Source: Harriotta raleighana
Lineage: Eukaryota
Length of the DNA stretch: 64,000 nucleotides
Reading direction: 5' to 3'
NCBI GenBank assembly: GCA_050575255.1
Contig: JBNZDD010013634.1
Span: 767,558 to 831,557 of the forward strand
The notes under the pieces are model-generated. The model saw only the letters and a program-made list of their open reading frames with translations, was not told the DNA's origin and ran no database searches. The position numbers and the translations under genes were made by a program. Positions 52,481 through 64,000 of the stretch are shown one piece after another; within the stretch, counting starts at the first letter, position 1, and every line of letters starts with the position of its first letter.

Positions 52481-53056
52481 GGCCTTCCCAGTTCCTCCCT
52501 TCACAAGCTGCAGATTATTCAGAACTCTGCAGCTCGTGTACTCTTCTGCACTAGGCTCCGCGGCTACATCATTTCCACCCTCGCCCGTCTCCACTGGCTC
52601 CCCATCTCCCAGAGGGTCGAATTCAAGATCCTTGTCTTCAATTTCAAGGCCATTCAGGTCCTTGCCCCCATCTATCTCTCTGACCTGCTGTCTCCCTTCC
52701 AGCCTCCCCGTCCCCTCCGTTCAGTGGGCTCTGGCCTGCTCCACGTCCTCCGCCCGAACCGTCCTACTATCGTTGGCTGGGCTTTCAGCCTCTCTGCCCC
52801 CCCACTCTAGAATTCCATCCCGCAATCCATCTGCCTCACTTCCTCTCTTTCCTCCTTTAAGGCCGGTCTCAACACCTTCCTCTTCAACCTTGCCTTCTGC
52901 TCCCCTCCTAACTCTCCCCCCTCTCCTATTCTCCTTTCCCCTACCCCGATCCCCCCTTCCCGCCACTGCTTGGGTCCAGACCTAACTGTTCAGCGCCTTG
53001 GGACGTCCTCCTGACGTGAAAGGCTCTCTATAAATTTAATTTTGTTATTGTTGTTG
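52481..53056 (+). mobile_element. 5'-truncated L2 LINE (ORF2 C-terminus, 3'UTR, stem-loop, (GTT)n)
   Basis: Translates GLPSSSLHKLQIIQNSAARVL...LARLHWLPISQRVEFKIL... and, after disruptions, ...AFSLSAP..NSIP...FKAGLNTFLF. Overlaps in sequence with the 1-364 fragment. Confidence 0.92.
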
Positions 53057-56000
53057 TGTTGCTTGTGAAAATAGTCAATATATTTGACAGCTAATCACCT
53101 TAAATCACTTTGAAATGTCACAGCATCTAAAATACATTGTAAAAATGCAGGTTCTTTTTGACTAAATATTTAGATTGTTGCTATTGCCAAATATTTTGAT
53201 TGCAGAAGATGAGAAGAGGGAAAATCAAGTGGTTGGGAACATTACAGATCCAGGCAAACATTCTGGAATGATTGTTCTTGTACAGATTAAAAGAGGGTGT
53301 GAGCAAACTAAATGCCAAGTTGTCAATAAACTTCCTTAACCCCATTAAAAGAACAGGCCTGAGGCAAATAAATAAGGGCACAGCTCTAGACATGTTGAAA
53401 TAAGTTTTTCTATTGTCTCTGGGAACATATTAGTTCTTTGAGCTCATGTTGCAACACCTGGAGCTGAGAAACAGGCGTTCTGCATGAGAAGTTGCCACAG
53501 GAGCCATAACTTATTTCTTTATCATATGACAAAGTGCTATACTCTTACTCAGACTATTCCATTGATTTGAAGAAAGATCCAGATATGCCTTCTTTGTTTC
53601 AATTTTTAACTTAAATGCTCAGATCTATTCAGTATAGTCGTTCATTTCAGCCCAATTTTCCGGGAATGATTTCCACTTCAGATTCAATAACCATTGTTTA
53701 TTTATGCTTTCTCAATATTTACTATAACACATTATTATAAAGTTACCTTGCTTGGAAATTTTGAAAGCTGCCCATTATCCTACATGAAAAGTGTTTAGCA
53801 AATTTATGTTTTTTTTACTCTTATTATTTTTTAGGCATGTAGCATCCATCCAAAGTACTGTATATAGGATATCACCAAAGTTGAGACACATAGCAGAGAG
53901 AAGTCAGGAAGTAGTACCAGTAATTAAATAATGCCACATATAATCCCCCAAATCTTCCAATCATAAGCTTTTAATATTCATTTATTTTGTGTTTGTTTAT
54001 AAAAATACAGTCTCTTTGCAGTAAATCCTCTGAACAGTTTTGAGATGTCCTCCTGACAAGAAAGGCATTACAGTACATCAAAGGCAAATAGTTTTTATAT
54101 ATATATGTATTTACTATCATTTTATCATTAAACAGTCCAAAAAATATCAAAAAGCTAAAAGGACAAAACCAATCTGTTTGAAAACTATCTCAATGTGGAC
54201 AATTTTAGTTGTTTTTTCAGATCTAAATCAATAACTTTTTTAAAGTTACCTTTGAACAGAAGTATTAGAAGCAACGCAAGCAAACAGCAGGTGTCAAAAG
54301 ATGCATTACAACAGCAGCAACGGAGATGGTGTCTGCCTTTGCATTGCTGGCTTGATTGTGAGATAGATGATTCATTTTTGGCACATCGCAAGGACAGTAG
54401 GGAAAGGGCATGATTGAAGTCACATGCCAAAGGAAATGAGTGTAAATTACTGCAGCCACATGGAATTTCACAGAGAAGAGAGGCAGAGAGTGCGAGAGAC
54501 AGAGTGCAACTGGAGCTGCCAAGACAAGCCTCACTATGCACTGGCACTGGTCCAGCCACTGCATTTTAAATATTGCAAGAAGTCTTTTCTTATCCATATT
54601 CTTACTGCCTTATTAAAATAAATGCCTTTATAAGTTATGGGTCCTCTAACTGTTCATTAAAATATGAAAGCTGGCGGTACAGAACCCTTCGATAATTCAG
54701 GACTAACTCACTTCATTTCAATTTCTTTCTATTTTTTTCAAAAGATCCCTCAAATTCCTAAATATTTCCCTAATGCTTTAGCTGTCAGTGTTCCCTAGAT
54801 AGGGTTCAGTGCAGTCACTAACTCCAATAGCTTTTTATACCTCTGTCACTTTTTTTTCCACTTGATTTGTTACTGAGCAGCCCTTTTTATTATATCTTGC
54901 AAGCAGTTCTTTGCTTTGATGGGGAAGGGGGATGGAAGGGTGGGTATTCTGGAAGGATGAGATAAATTGGTCTGAAGGACTATCTTAATCCAAACTAATC
55001 TTGGGATTTGGGAATCTGATTCAGCACATTTCCCTCTAGATTTCCCTTAACAGTATTTCTTATTACACCCTTCACTTGTAATAATAATAATCTTTGCATT
55101 TGATATAGTGCTTTTCATGTCTTCTAGACGTCTCAAAGCACTCTCACCAAATAGTATTTGATCATTTAGGTGAATGGGATAAACAAATTAAGACTAGGTG
55201 TGAATTGACTCAACTAGCCTGTTGAAATACTTCATTATTATTATTAGAACGTAAGGATACAGACAAGCCAGACTGAATAACATATGCATATAGTGACAAA
55301 ACATTTTTTGGAACGATAATTATGGATCGAAAGCAATCCAGCAATTTTCTAATAACATATGCTAGGTAAATAGAAGTGTGTGGAGAAGGGAAACTACCTA
55401 ATGTTTAGTCCCGTCTGGGATTTTAACCTGGGTCCTCCCTCTTGCAAGATGAGCTTGCTAACCACTGTGTTATGGGACTCCATAAAATATCGGAGAGGTG
55501 ACAGGCCTTTTCCTATGTCTTCTCCAGGTAGCTTAATTTTTATTTGTGTTTGTCTTGTCCCAGCAACAGCTTTAAAGTCTTCAATAGTTGTTTGTGGAGT
55601 TTATGTTTCTGTAGCTGGTAGACAGCAGCTTCTGTCCAACATAAACACAAGCTCTCACATAGAGTAAAGCTTGGTGTGAGGCCGCCCCTCTGAACAGTAA
55701 GCAAGCAGATCCCGCTCCTTGTAGAATTAAAGCTTTAAACTAAAATGAGATGCCAACGGCGCTTCTCATTGAAGTCAGAAACTTTGATTTTCAACAAGCT
55801 TTCTGAGCCTTGTTTGTTTGGTTAACAGACATTTGTGTTTGAACAAGAACATGCTAGCCTGTATAAATTGTTTAGTTCCTTTGCATAATTAGCACACCAG
55901 TGATGCTGCCACTTAACTCATACTACATATGCGCAATGCTAATGGCTATTCAAGTAGAAAATGTATACTTAGAAATGTTACGCAAGGTCTACAGTGAAGC

Positions 56001-57479
56001 TAAGGGCTCATTACGTTCCTTTGAACTACACAACAAAGGATCGCTCCTTTGCATGAGGTGCTTTGCTATAAGCGTCTGACTTGCTGCACAGGCTAATAGC
56101 GACAGTGTGTGTGCATCAAACACATTTATAATTTTTTTTCCCTCATCTCACTCTTTTCCATCCTCTATGTGGAATGTCTCATCTCGTCTTCTCTTGTCCT
56201 TCGGTTGAGATAGTAAACTGATATCCTGTCCACCCGTTCAGGTGAATGTTAAAGATCCCATCCCGGAAGAAGTTCACAGTATATCCTGCAAAACGCTTTT
56301 AAATGTCCTCCTGGTGTAAAAGGTGCTATATCAATTATTATTGGAATGGAATGTGTAATTGGCCATTGGTTGTTGGTGGTTTTGGTGGGGATACAGAGGG
56401 AAAAGTCTTGCCAGGATGGGGAAGGGTTGGTGGGAGTGGGGAAGAGCAGTCTGCTCAGTCCTAGCAAGGTCAACAATCAGATAAATAGGATCTCATCAAG
56501 CTGAAAGGAGGAAAATTGTATAGTTTATTTTAGATAATGCTTTGCACTTGTGTTTGTTGCAATTATAATCTGATATTTTAATTCACTGCAACTTCTCTCT
56601 TAAGTGATAACAGAAGAATTGTAATGAGAGAGCGGGAGGAATAAGTGTTAATGTTTGTAAAGGGTGTCAGCAGAGCACCATCTGACACACTGCAGATCAT
56701 CTTGCTCGACTTGATGTCCCCTGAAATCCCGCGCAGGCACTTGCAAAAACTCTTGATGTGCAACGAGAACAGTCAAAACCTGAGATAACCTTGCTTCTTT
56801 CCTTTCAACACTACAACTGATGGACCCAGTCACACATCTCTCCGAGACCTTATCTTATGTGAAGGGAGCAATATGAATGCTTGCCATTCTTGTTGCTTTT
56901 CTATAAAGCACAGTAAAAAAAACATAGATAGAAAAAATATATAGCTTATTTTTTCAAGCTGCAGTGTGTCAATGAAGCTTCCCTGTTAAACCAAACATGA
57001 TACAACTTTACTAATAAAACCACAGCATCAGTTATAGTGTGGGAAATAATTGAAATTGATTGTCTTTATATAGTTCTCTATCTTTAAGAGTATTGCTGAC
57101 CCTGAATACAATCACCCATAAATTTGGACTTTCTTCACATCCTAGGAATGATTACACAAAAGATGACAAAGATCTTGTCCTAGCAAATCACTGTAGCAAA
57201 TTGCAAATTGCTCGTAAATATGTAGCCAATTCACCTTGCAGTTTATGCTGTGAAGCCCTTTGAGACATTTCAACATCAGCATCAAAGGCAAGCATTATTA
57301 TTATTATCTTCCTTTCAGAGTACGGTCATATCATAACCTTCTACAATATTATGCCATTTCGAGTTGATCCTGGGAGTCAGATCCACCGGTAACTCAGGGC
57401 ATTAGGACAAATCAAGGTGATCGTTACTATTGCTGTCTGGGTGTACCGTCTGATGGATATCTCCAAGATGTCTATTTCA

Positions 57480-58200
57480 TGGCTCACACTGTGGCAGAGA
57501 AATAAGTGATATGGCTATTAAGAAAGGTTGGGCAGGTTAGACCTTTTCTCTTTGGAGATGAGATGATTGAGAAGGTTTGGAATTATGAAAGGGTTTGATA
57601 AGGTAGATATTAATAGGTTGTTTCCACCTGTGGATGAGTCAAAAAAAAGGAAGTATATATATGTTAGCCAGTAACAGATTCAAGGGGCTTGTTTGGAGTA
57701 TCAATATTGCCACAGACTCGTTAATAATAATTTAAAATTAATAATAATAATCCTTGCATTTGATATAGTGCCTTATCATGTCATCCAAAAGTCTCATAGA
57801 GCTTCACAGAGTACACTGTAAAGTGAATTGACAATATATTTTGTGGGTGAAAAATGGCAGCCAATTATACACAGCAGAGCCAGTTGAGGACTAATTGGGC
57901 CAAATAGCCCTATTCCTTGCTCCATATACCTACATCTCAATGCAAAGAGATGTTTAGGAAGAGTGTCTTTACACCTGAGGATGGTGAAATGTGGACCTCA
58001 CTGCTGAAAGGAATGATTCAAGTAGTAAGGATCAACATAATTAAGAGGAAACTTATTGCAAATGTGAGGAAAAGGAGAATAGAAAGTTACGAGAAGGGGA
58101 TCTGGAGGCGTGGAGGATTATGTGGCGTATAAATATGATCACAGGCTCTGTGGGCTGAATGACTTATTTCTATGCTCTACAAGCAATATCATTTCATGTA
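57480..58200 (+). mobile_element. Old CR1 fragments interrupted by a minus-strand SINE (about 57738-57877)
   Basis: aggttgggcaggttagaccttttctctttggagatgagatgattgaga (RL.xLFSLE..RLR-like) and ttaggaagagtgtctttacacctgaggatggtg. Confidence 0.65.
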
Positions 58201-59182
58201 AGCATGGTACCATTCCTGCATGGTCTTGGTAGAGAGACTGAGGCATCTCTGAGGACCTTGTCTCTCGGGACTTACACACTGAAGTCATGATTGAAATCTT
58301 ATTGTGGCCGTCCAGATCCCCACTTGCTTCGCTTGTGACACCTGTTCCATGACGTCAGGCAGTGGACAGTCAGGTGACAGGAGGTTTATTATCTGATCCT
58401 TTTGCCAAGGTGCCTCGTGATCTGTAAGCAAACAAGGATTGGGCGAAGCACACATCCTTTGGATTATGGCATGGCAAAGTTACACACGCGTCAGCAAATT
58501 GTGCTGGGCAGTGTATCAAATATCTGTGTAAATGAAGACAGCTTGGAGCGTCATTCAGGAATGCTGCTCCTTCCTACGTTTCAGCCATTATCAGTCGCCT
58601 CTTGTAGTTCAGATGCAAATTGACCCAAAGCCGTCCGCTGACTCGAGGCTCAGAAGTTACAGCTGATTGTGCAGTGATAAGCAGCGGAGGGTAAATATTT
58701 ACAATGTTTAACAGCAATTCATGTAAAGCAAGCAAAGCTATGCACAAACCTAATATTCTAACCAGAAGCAAAATAGTGTCATAAGGAGCTGAACGAGAAC
58801 CATTATGCACTTCAAGTTTAGGCAGATGTTGTACACATTAGGGCAATATGAAATGTACAATTATAGTGTGGTACATTAAACATGAGACTCATACTTCATC
58901 AGGCATAGCATTATATATAACCTTTTGCAATGAACACCCTCTATCCTGCAGGGTCAGCAGCTGTTTTCCTTGGTACAGTTTCCTGTAGTGGCCTGTGGGT
59001 CATTTCAGACATCTATTCAGATTATCCCACTTCTCATCTGTTGCCCTTGGGAGAGTCACAGCCTTCTTGTCACTGTGATTCCAAAGCCACGGTGCTTTGT
59101 TATAATTCATCTTTCCTAATTAAGCTTACCTTTCTGATGGCGTGAGTCACTAAGATCTGTTCGCAAAGAGAAGTAAATGGTC

Positions 59183-59317
59183 AAAAAAACAAACAAAATA
59201 TTGCAGATGCTGGGAATCTGAAAAAAACACAGAAGTTGCTGGGGAAACTCAGCAAGTCAGGCAGCATCCATGGAGGAAGGAAAGTGAGTCAACGTTTTGG
59301 GTCCACGACCCTTCGGT
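59183..59317 (-). mobile_element. Penelope-like element terminal fragment with a hammerhead-ribozyme remnant, flanked by a 14-bp TSD
   Basis: tgcagatgctgggaatctga...actcagcaagtcaggcagcatcc...aacgttttgggtccacgacccttc resembles the common shark PLE terminal repeat. Direct repeat agaagtaaatg(g/a)tc at 59169-59182 and 59318-59331. Confidence 0.75.
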
Positions 59318-59847
59318 AGAAGTAAATGATCGTTCACTTCATAGTTGCTTGTGGGATATTGCAAATTGTCTACTGCCTACAAAATGCACAGTAGCTGCCC
59401 TTCACAGTAAATCCTTTGAAGTGCTTTCAGGTATTGTATGAAATGCAAGTATTTTAAAGTACGTTTCCAAATAAACAACTGTGCATGCCCTATAAAAAAA
59501 CTTTCTTTTCCCCCTTTTAAAAAAAAGTCAATTCTCCTCAGTTTTGTTTCTTGCTCTGTACGTTTTTACACATTGAGGTATGGTCGGACTGAAGCCTTGG
59601 CAGAAAATGCATCGCTCTTCACCTGCGGCTCACACCCTTGGCCAAGCAGTTTGAGAAGGAATGCTTGCTTTGCAATGCGAGCATGTACAACAACTGATCT
59701 TTATGTGAACAGCTGTTTTCAGTGGGCCGAAGGAAACACAATAAAATGTTCCACTCAGTTACACTGAATGAGAAGAAAATGCTAACCATCTCATGTGATT
59801 TCACTTCAAGACACGTATTGCTGTAGGCAGTATTGTTGGATGCTAAA

Positions 59848-60030
59848 CTAATAATAATACCAGTCCTTGTATTTGATACAGAGCCTTTTCACGTCATCGA
59901 GACGTCTCAAAGCACTTTACAGAATATATTGCAAAGTGGAGCTTTACAGAATATATTGCAAAGTGGAATGACCGTATATTTTGGGGGCGAAACACGTCAG
60001 CCAATTGCGCACAATTGTTTCCCGACAAAT
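59848..60030 (-). mobile_element. SINE 3' half with an internal 27-bp-period tandem duplication
   Basis: ctttacagaatatattgcaaagtgga occurs twice in succession at about 59915-59967. Confidence 0.8.
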
Positions 60031-61632
60031 GGAGGTATATGTAATAATAGGTATCTACAATAAGATATGTAAAATGAGTATATATGACAATGCTCTATGT
60101 CCCGTTATTTATATTCTAAAATGTTTATGTATGACAATGATGTTCATAATGTTATTTGTAATCTAAGGTGTTTGTATATTTTACAAAGCCATGTGTATCA
60201 TTATTTTAATTTTAAAATTGTGTCAGTATGTTAATGCTGCATGCTATTTTATTTGAGTTTAAATTGTGTACATGGGTAAATGGCCATGGAACATTTAATT
60301 TGTATTTAAAGTGCATACGTGGGACCATGTCGTACCTACCTTACTTTTATTTTCATTTTAAAATGTGCATTATTATTATGTACAACAATGTACAGTCGGC
60401 CCAGAGTGTGACGATGAAAAATAAGTACTTTTAGTATTTTTAATGGAATCTAACATTGTGAGAAAGTAGAGGAGCAGCGAGGAGAAAAGAATTGATTTTT
60501 AATATATTTCTGAGAAAGATTTCTGTGTCAGCTATTCAGCTTTTATGTGCACTGGTAATTGTCACGATTCAATTAGCTTTAGTTATCCCTGAACAATTTT
60601 TCATATAAGCCTGACTTATGATGCCGCACTCTTCGATCAATCCTACAAAACTGAGTCAAACGCTCGTGAGCTGCACTTCACCTTGTGCCATGTCAACAAC
60701 CGAGTCTTGCCTTTATAAATCTCCACCTATATCATCCCCAAACTTCCCGTGCTTGCAACAAGGCAGGGTTCAACTACTAGGAAAGCATTCACACTCCACT
60801 GCGCTTCCCATTCATGTCTTTTCATGCCTTCCACCCCACTTACAATAAAAAAGTACAATATTCAAAATAATGTCACTACGAGTATTAAGGAATGTCAACA
60901 AAAGTCAGTTATGTGACTGCTGATTTACTGCAATATTATACAGGCCTAACCCGCACAGATCTCTATCTTGAAACACTGAAGCAATTGCAATAAAATGAAT
61001 TTGCTAACTTGCCTTCTTCTTGCAGTTCAAAGTACTTAGAGCAAACAATAATGAGGCACACTAAATAAATTCCTATTAGATCGATGGATCAAAGCCAGGG
61101 TACATCACCATATTTTCTGGACTGCTGTTAAGCATGGTTTGAATGGATGCATTTAGGTGCTTTAGGAATATATCTACTTATGCAATAGAAAATTACACTT
61201 TAGCATAATAAGTATATGGACTATGTTGGACCTTTATTTTCAGCTGGAGTGTGTGTGATGTGGCATTTGGCGAACTTGTGCTGGAGTTGCCAAGCAGCTG
61301 GGAGATGAACAGATTTCTGTTATAAATCGCAAAGATACATTGGCGGGGCCAGTCCATGTGCTTCAAAGGACGAATTTGCCAAATCCCGGCATGAAGCATC
61401 GGTCTTCCATTTTAGGCTTAGGCAGTTTGGGGAAACTTTAGTTTGCTCTTTTCTTGATCATAAAAATATGAATATACTGCAGTAGTTATAACCTAGCGCC
61501 ATTCACTTCGGGAGCACATCTCATACTGTTTCCACATTTACTGTAAAGTGTCGTGATCTTGCATTTTGTGAGTGAACATGGCAACCAATTGCCACACAGC
61601 AATTTCCAACAAACAGCCAGGAAGCGAGTGTC

Positions 61633-61950
61633 AACAACAACAAAGTCACTTCACGTTGGGAGGATGTCCCAAGGCGCTGAACAGTCAGGGTTCGGGACCC
61701 AAGAAGAGGGGAGGAGCAGGGTTAGGATGAGGGAGGGCAGAGAGTTAGGAGTGTGACTGAAGACACGGTCGAAGAGTAGGGTCTTGAGACCTGTCTTGCA
61801 GGAGGCAAGGGAAGGAGCAAGATGAAGGGATTGTGGGATAGAGTTCTGAAGTGTAGGGGCAGAAAGGCTGAAGGTCGATGGTAGGGCAGGTTGGGCAGGA
61901 AACATGAAGAACGCTGGAGCCTACTGAACGGAGGGAGTGGACAAGTAGAT
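61633..61950 (-). mobile_element. L2 LINE 3' fragment
   Basis: Minus translation FSLSAPTLQNSIPQSLHLAPSLASCKTGLKTLLFDRVF plus the stem-loop tail. Confidence 0.85.
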
Positions 61951-63164
61951 AGGGGTCAGGTAGCTGAATGGCAGATGAGACTTCTGGCCAGGACAAGGGT
62001 TAAGGATAAGATCAGGCTTATTAGGCTTCAAACTGCAGGGTTTCCTGGTGGATCTGAGACTAAATGCACTACCCAGTACTGTATTATGGAGTTGCATCAC
62101 TGGCTGGGCTGTGTTGTCCCGAAGTGTATTGGTGAGGACACACACCTCGCAAGCAATAGGACCTGGGTTTGAATCCTGTGCAAGGTGAAACCTTAGGCAG
62201 CAGCAACAACAATAACAACAACAACAACATTACACATGTATAGTGGCTTTCACGTCAGGGGATGTAGGCAAGCTTCAAAGGACATTGCAATATTTGACTA
62301 TATCAAATGCAAGGATTATTATTGTGTATTTTATTGATATCGAACCAACGGATGGACTCGGAGCTTTGCAACAAAAGGCAAGATTTGGCTTCTGAACTGT
62401 AAAGGACCAGCTTGCTCGTTGCTGCCTTGACTAGCAGCACTTATGCCCAATTATGAACCATAATGAATATACCAGCGGCACTCAACCATCTTCAAGTTAT
62501 GCAAATCCCTGCATTTCAAATATTATATACAGTGTTCAATCCCCCCAAAATGTCCCAAGAAAATAAATCAAAAGCATCCGGAACCATGTCACGTTAATAA
62601 TTGAGCTGACAGCTTATTATGCCACAATGTGAATCAATCTAGTGTCATTTGTGGGCTCTCGAGGTATCAGAGGTTGGCTGGAGGCCAGTTCTAGATATAC
62701 TATCGAGTAGTTGCAGGTGCGTCTGAAACCTATTTGTCATTTGCTTTGATAAAAAGAATGGCTTGGGAACAATGGTGTCCAGGCTCTCCATGTAAATTGT
62801 GTACAAGCATTCATTTGTAAATTTCTATTTGTTCAGCAGGTGCTGTTATTTCTGTGTATCTTTATGCTGGAAGCCTGCAGGCAGGCGAATGAAACTGGAC
62901 TGGATTAAACTGAACTGAGATTTCCGCCCTCCTCACCATCGCAAGACAATACAGTATTACCGGTCCTGTTGGAAATAGGACTGATGGGAAGTTTACTGAC
63001 TATTGCTGGCAGGGCGAGAGATCTAATTTCACCTATACCAACAGAGTCTGTTGTTCTGTCTCTTTCTGCAGCAATTATTAGGTTGGTAAATAACACAGAT
63101 TATTGTCACATTCATTCACAGGCCCCCAGTAAAGATTTGTGTCGGATTGAAATTCACTAAAGCC

Positions 63165-63553
63165 TCCATCTCCCCCCTTGTCCCTTTTTCCCCCTTTCTT
63201 CCCTGGCCCCATTTCCGTGTGTGTTTGTGGGACACTGCTGTGCGCATTTTGGCTGCCGCGTTTCTCCCCAGATATACACCTGGTTTTCCTTCTCTCTTCC
63301 TCCTACCCCAACCCCTCCCCTTGCCCTCTTTCCCCCTTTCATCCCTGGCCCTCTCGCTTCCATGACTGTTTGTGGGACACTGCTGTGCGCAATTTGGCTG
63401 CCGCGTTTCGCCCACAAATATACAGTCAGTATTTTCCTGCTTTTCTTCCACCGACCCCTCCCCCCACTTGACTGTACAGCGCCTTGGGACGTCCTCCTGA
63501 CATGAAAGGCACTATATAAATACAATAAATAAAAAATAAATAAATAAAAATAA
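63165..63553 (+). mobile_element. Chimeric SINE: two Deu-core segments alternating with pyrimidine tracts, L2-type stem-loop and (TAAA)n tail
   Basis: tttgtgggacactgctgtgcgca..ttggctgccgcgtttc occurs at about 63224 and 63369. Tail cagcgccttgggacgtcctcctgacatgaaaggcactata. Confidence 0.75.
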
Positions 63554-64000
63554 AGCCGGAGGTAAAATGTTCCCTTTCTCTTTTATTGCCTATTTTTCTC
63601 CTCCAATTTTCCTTCCCCTGAAGACTTCGCTCATACCTCACCTGAGTAATCTTACGTTGTGTCATGTGATGTTGTCAACAGAGAAACACAGTGTCTGTTC
63701 CCACTTCTATCTTTTGAAGAGGTTAGTTAATTTAAGTAAACCTATGTGATTTCATGCCTCTTATGTGCTCTATTGAATGATTCTATGAATCTATTCTCCT
63801 GAACTACTAGTTATATAAAATGTCTCTCATACATACAGAACTATCCGGACAATTGTCCGGTGTGTTACTGAGGGGATATCACTAATGTCATGTTAAACTC
63901 ACAAACAAACGTGTAGTTCTTATGTGACTGGTAGGCTCACATCATTACACATGGGTGTGTATGCCCTTAAGGTGGGAAAGGACATAGAATGGCTGAACAG

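Noticed and set aside
52368-52985. 205-aa Ser/Pro-rich ORF, the longest in the track
   Set aside because: Alternative frame of a decayed L2 LINE 3' end plus a SINE tail.
58455-58478. SFGLWHGK, two substitutions from the kisspeptin SFGLRYGK motif (KISS1 lies near ETNK2 in human)
   Set aside because: Upstream residues (AKHT) do not match YNxN, there is an in-frame stop ten codons upstream, no acceptor, and no dibasic site; likely chance.
62915-63082. Plus-strand frame ending VCCSVSFCSNY, reminiscent of the Ly6/three-finger CCxxxxCN end
   Set aside because: Imperfect motif, no start codon or credible acceptor, and a stop just upstream.
1-64000. Recurrent 36-bp hairpin as a CRISPR-like repeat array
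   Set aside because: Copies are dispersed, on both strands, irregularly spaced and attached to SINE/L2 bodies; they are retroposon tails.

Overview
Repeat-rich vertebrate genomic DNA, most likely from a cartilaginous fish. The SINE/LINE set resembles the chimaera (Callorhinchus-type) Deu-domain SINEs, L2, CR1 and Penelope repeats; the taxon is an inference. The only protein-coding gene I can support is an ethanolamine kinase (ETNK2-like, paralogue uncertain) on the minus strand. Three coding exons are visible: 51122-50991 (44 codons, ending at a non-canonical GC donor), 18125-17866 (260 bp) and 10450-10304 (147 bp), and they splice in frame. I could not find the exon carrying the CHNDL motif, so the gene probably continues left of the window. 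The rest is intron or upstream DNA holding many tRNA-derived SINEs, 5'-truncated L2 and CR1 ends, a hAT-like MITE, a Penelope-type fragment with a hammerhead remnant, and three duplications each centred on a single N. I found no CRISPR array, no intact RNA gene and nothing that clearly qualifies as a new biological system. The most interesting signals are the GC-AG first intron, the ETNK paralogue question, covarying and swapped L2/SINE 3' stem-loop tails, two insertions with long target-site duplications, and a 1.2-kb duplication bounded by 9-bp microhomology. Repeat boundaries are approximate, and family names come from recalled consensus motifs rather than a database search.
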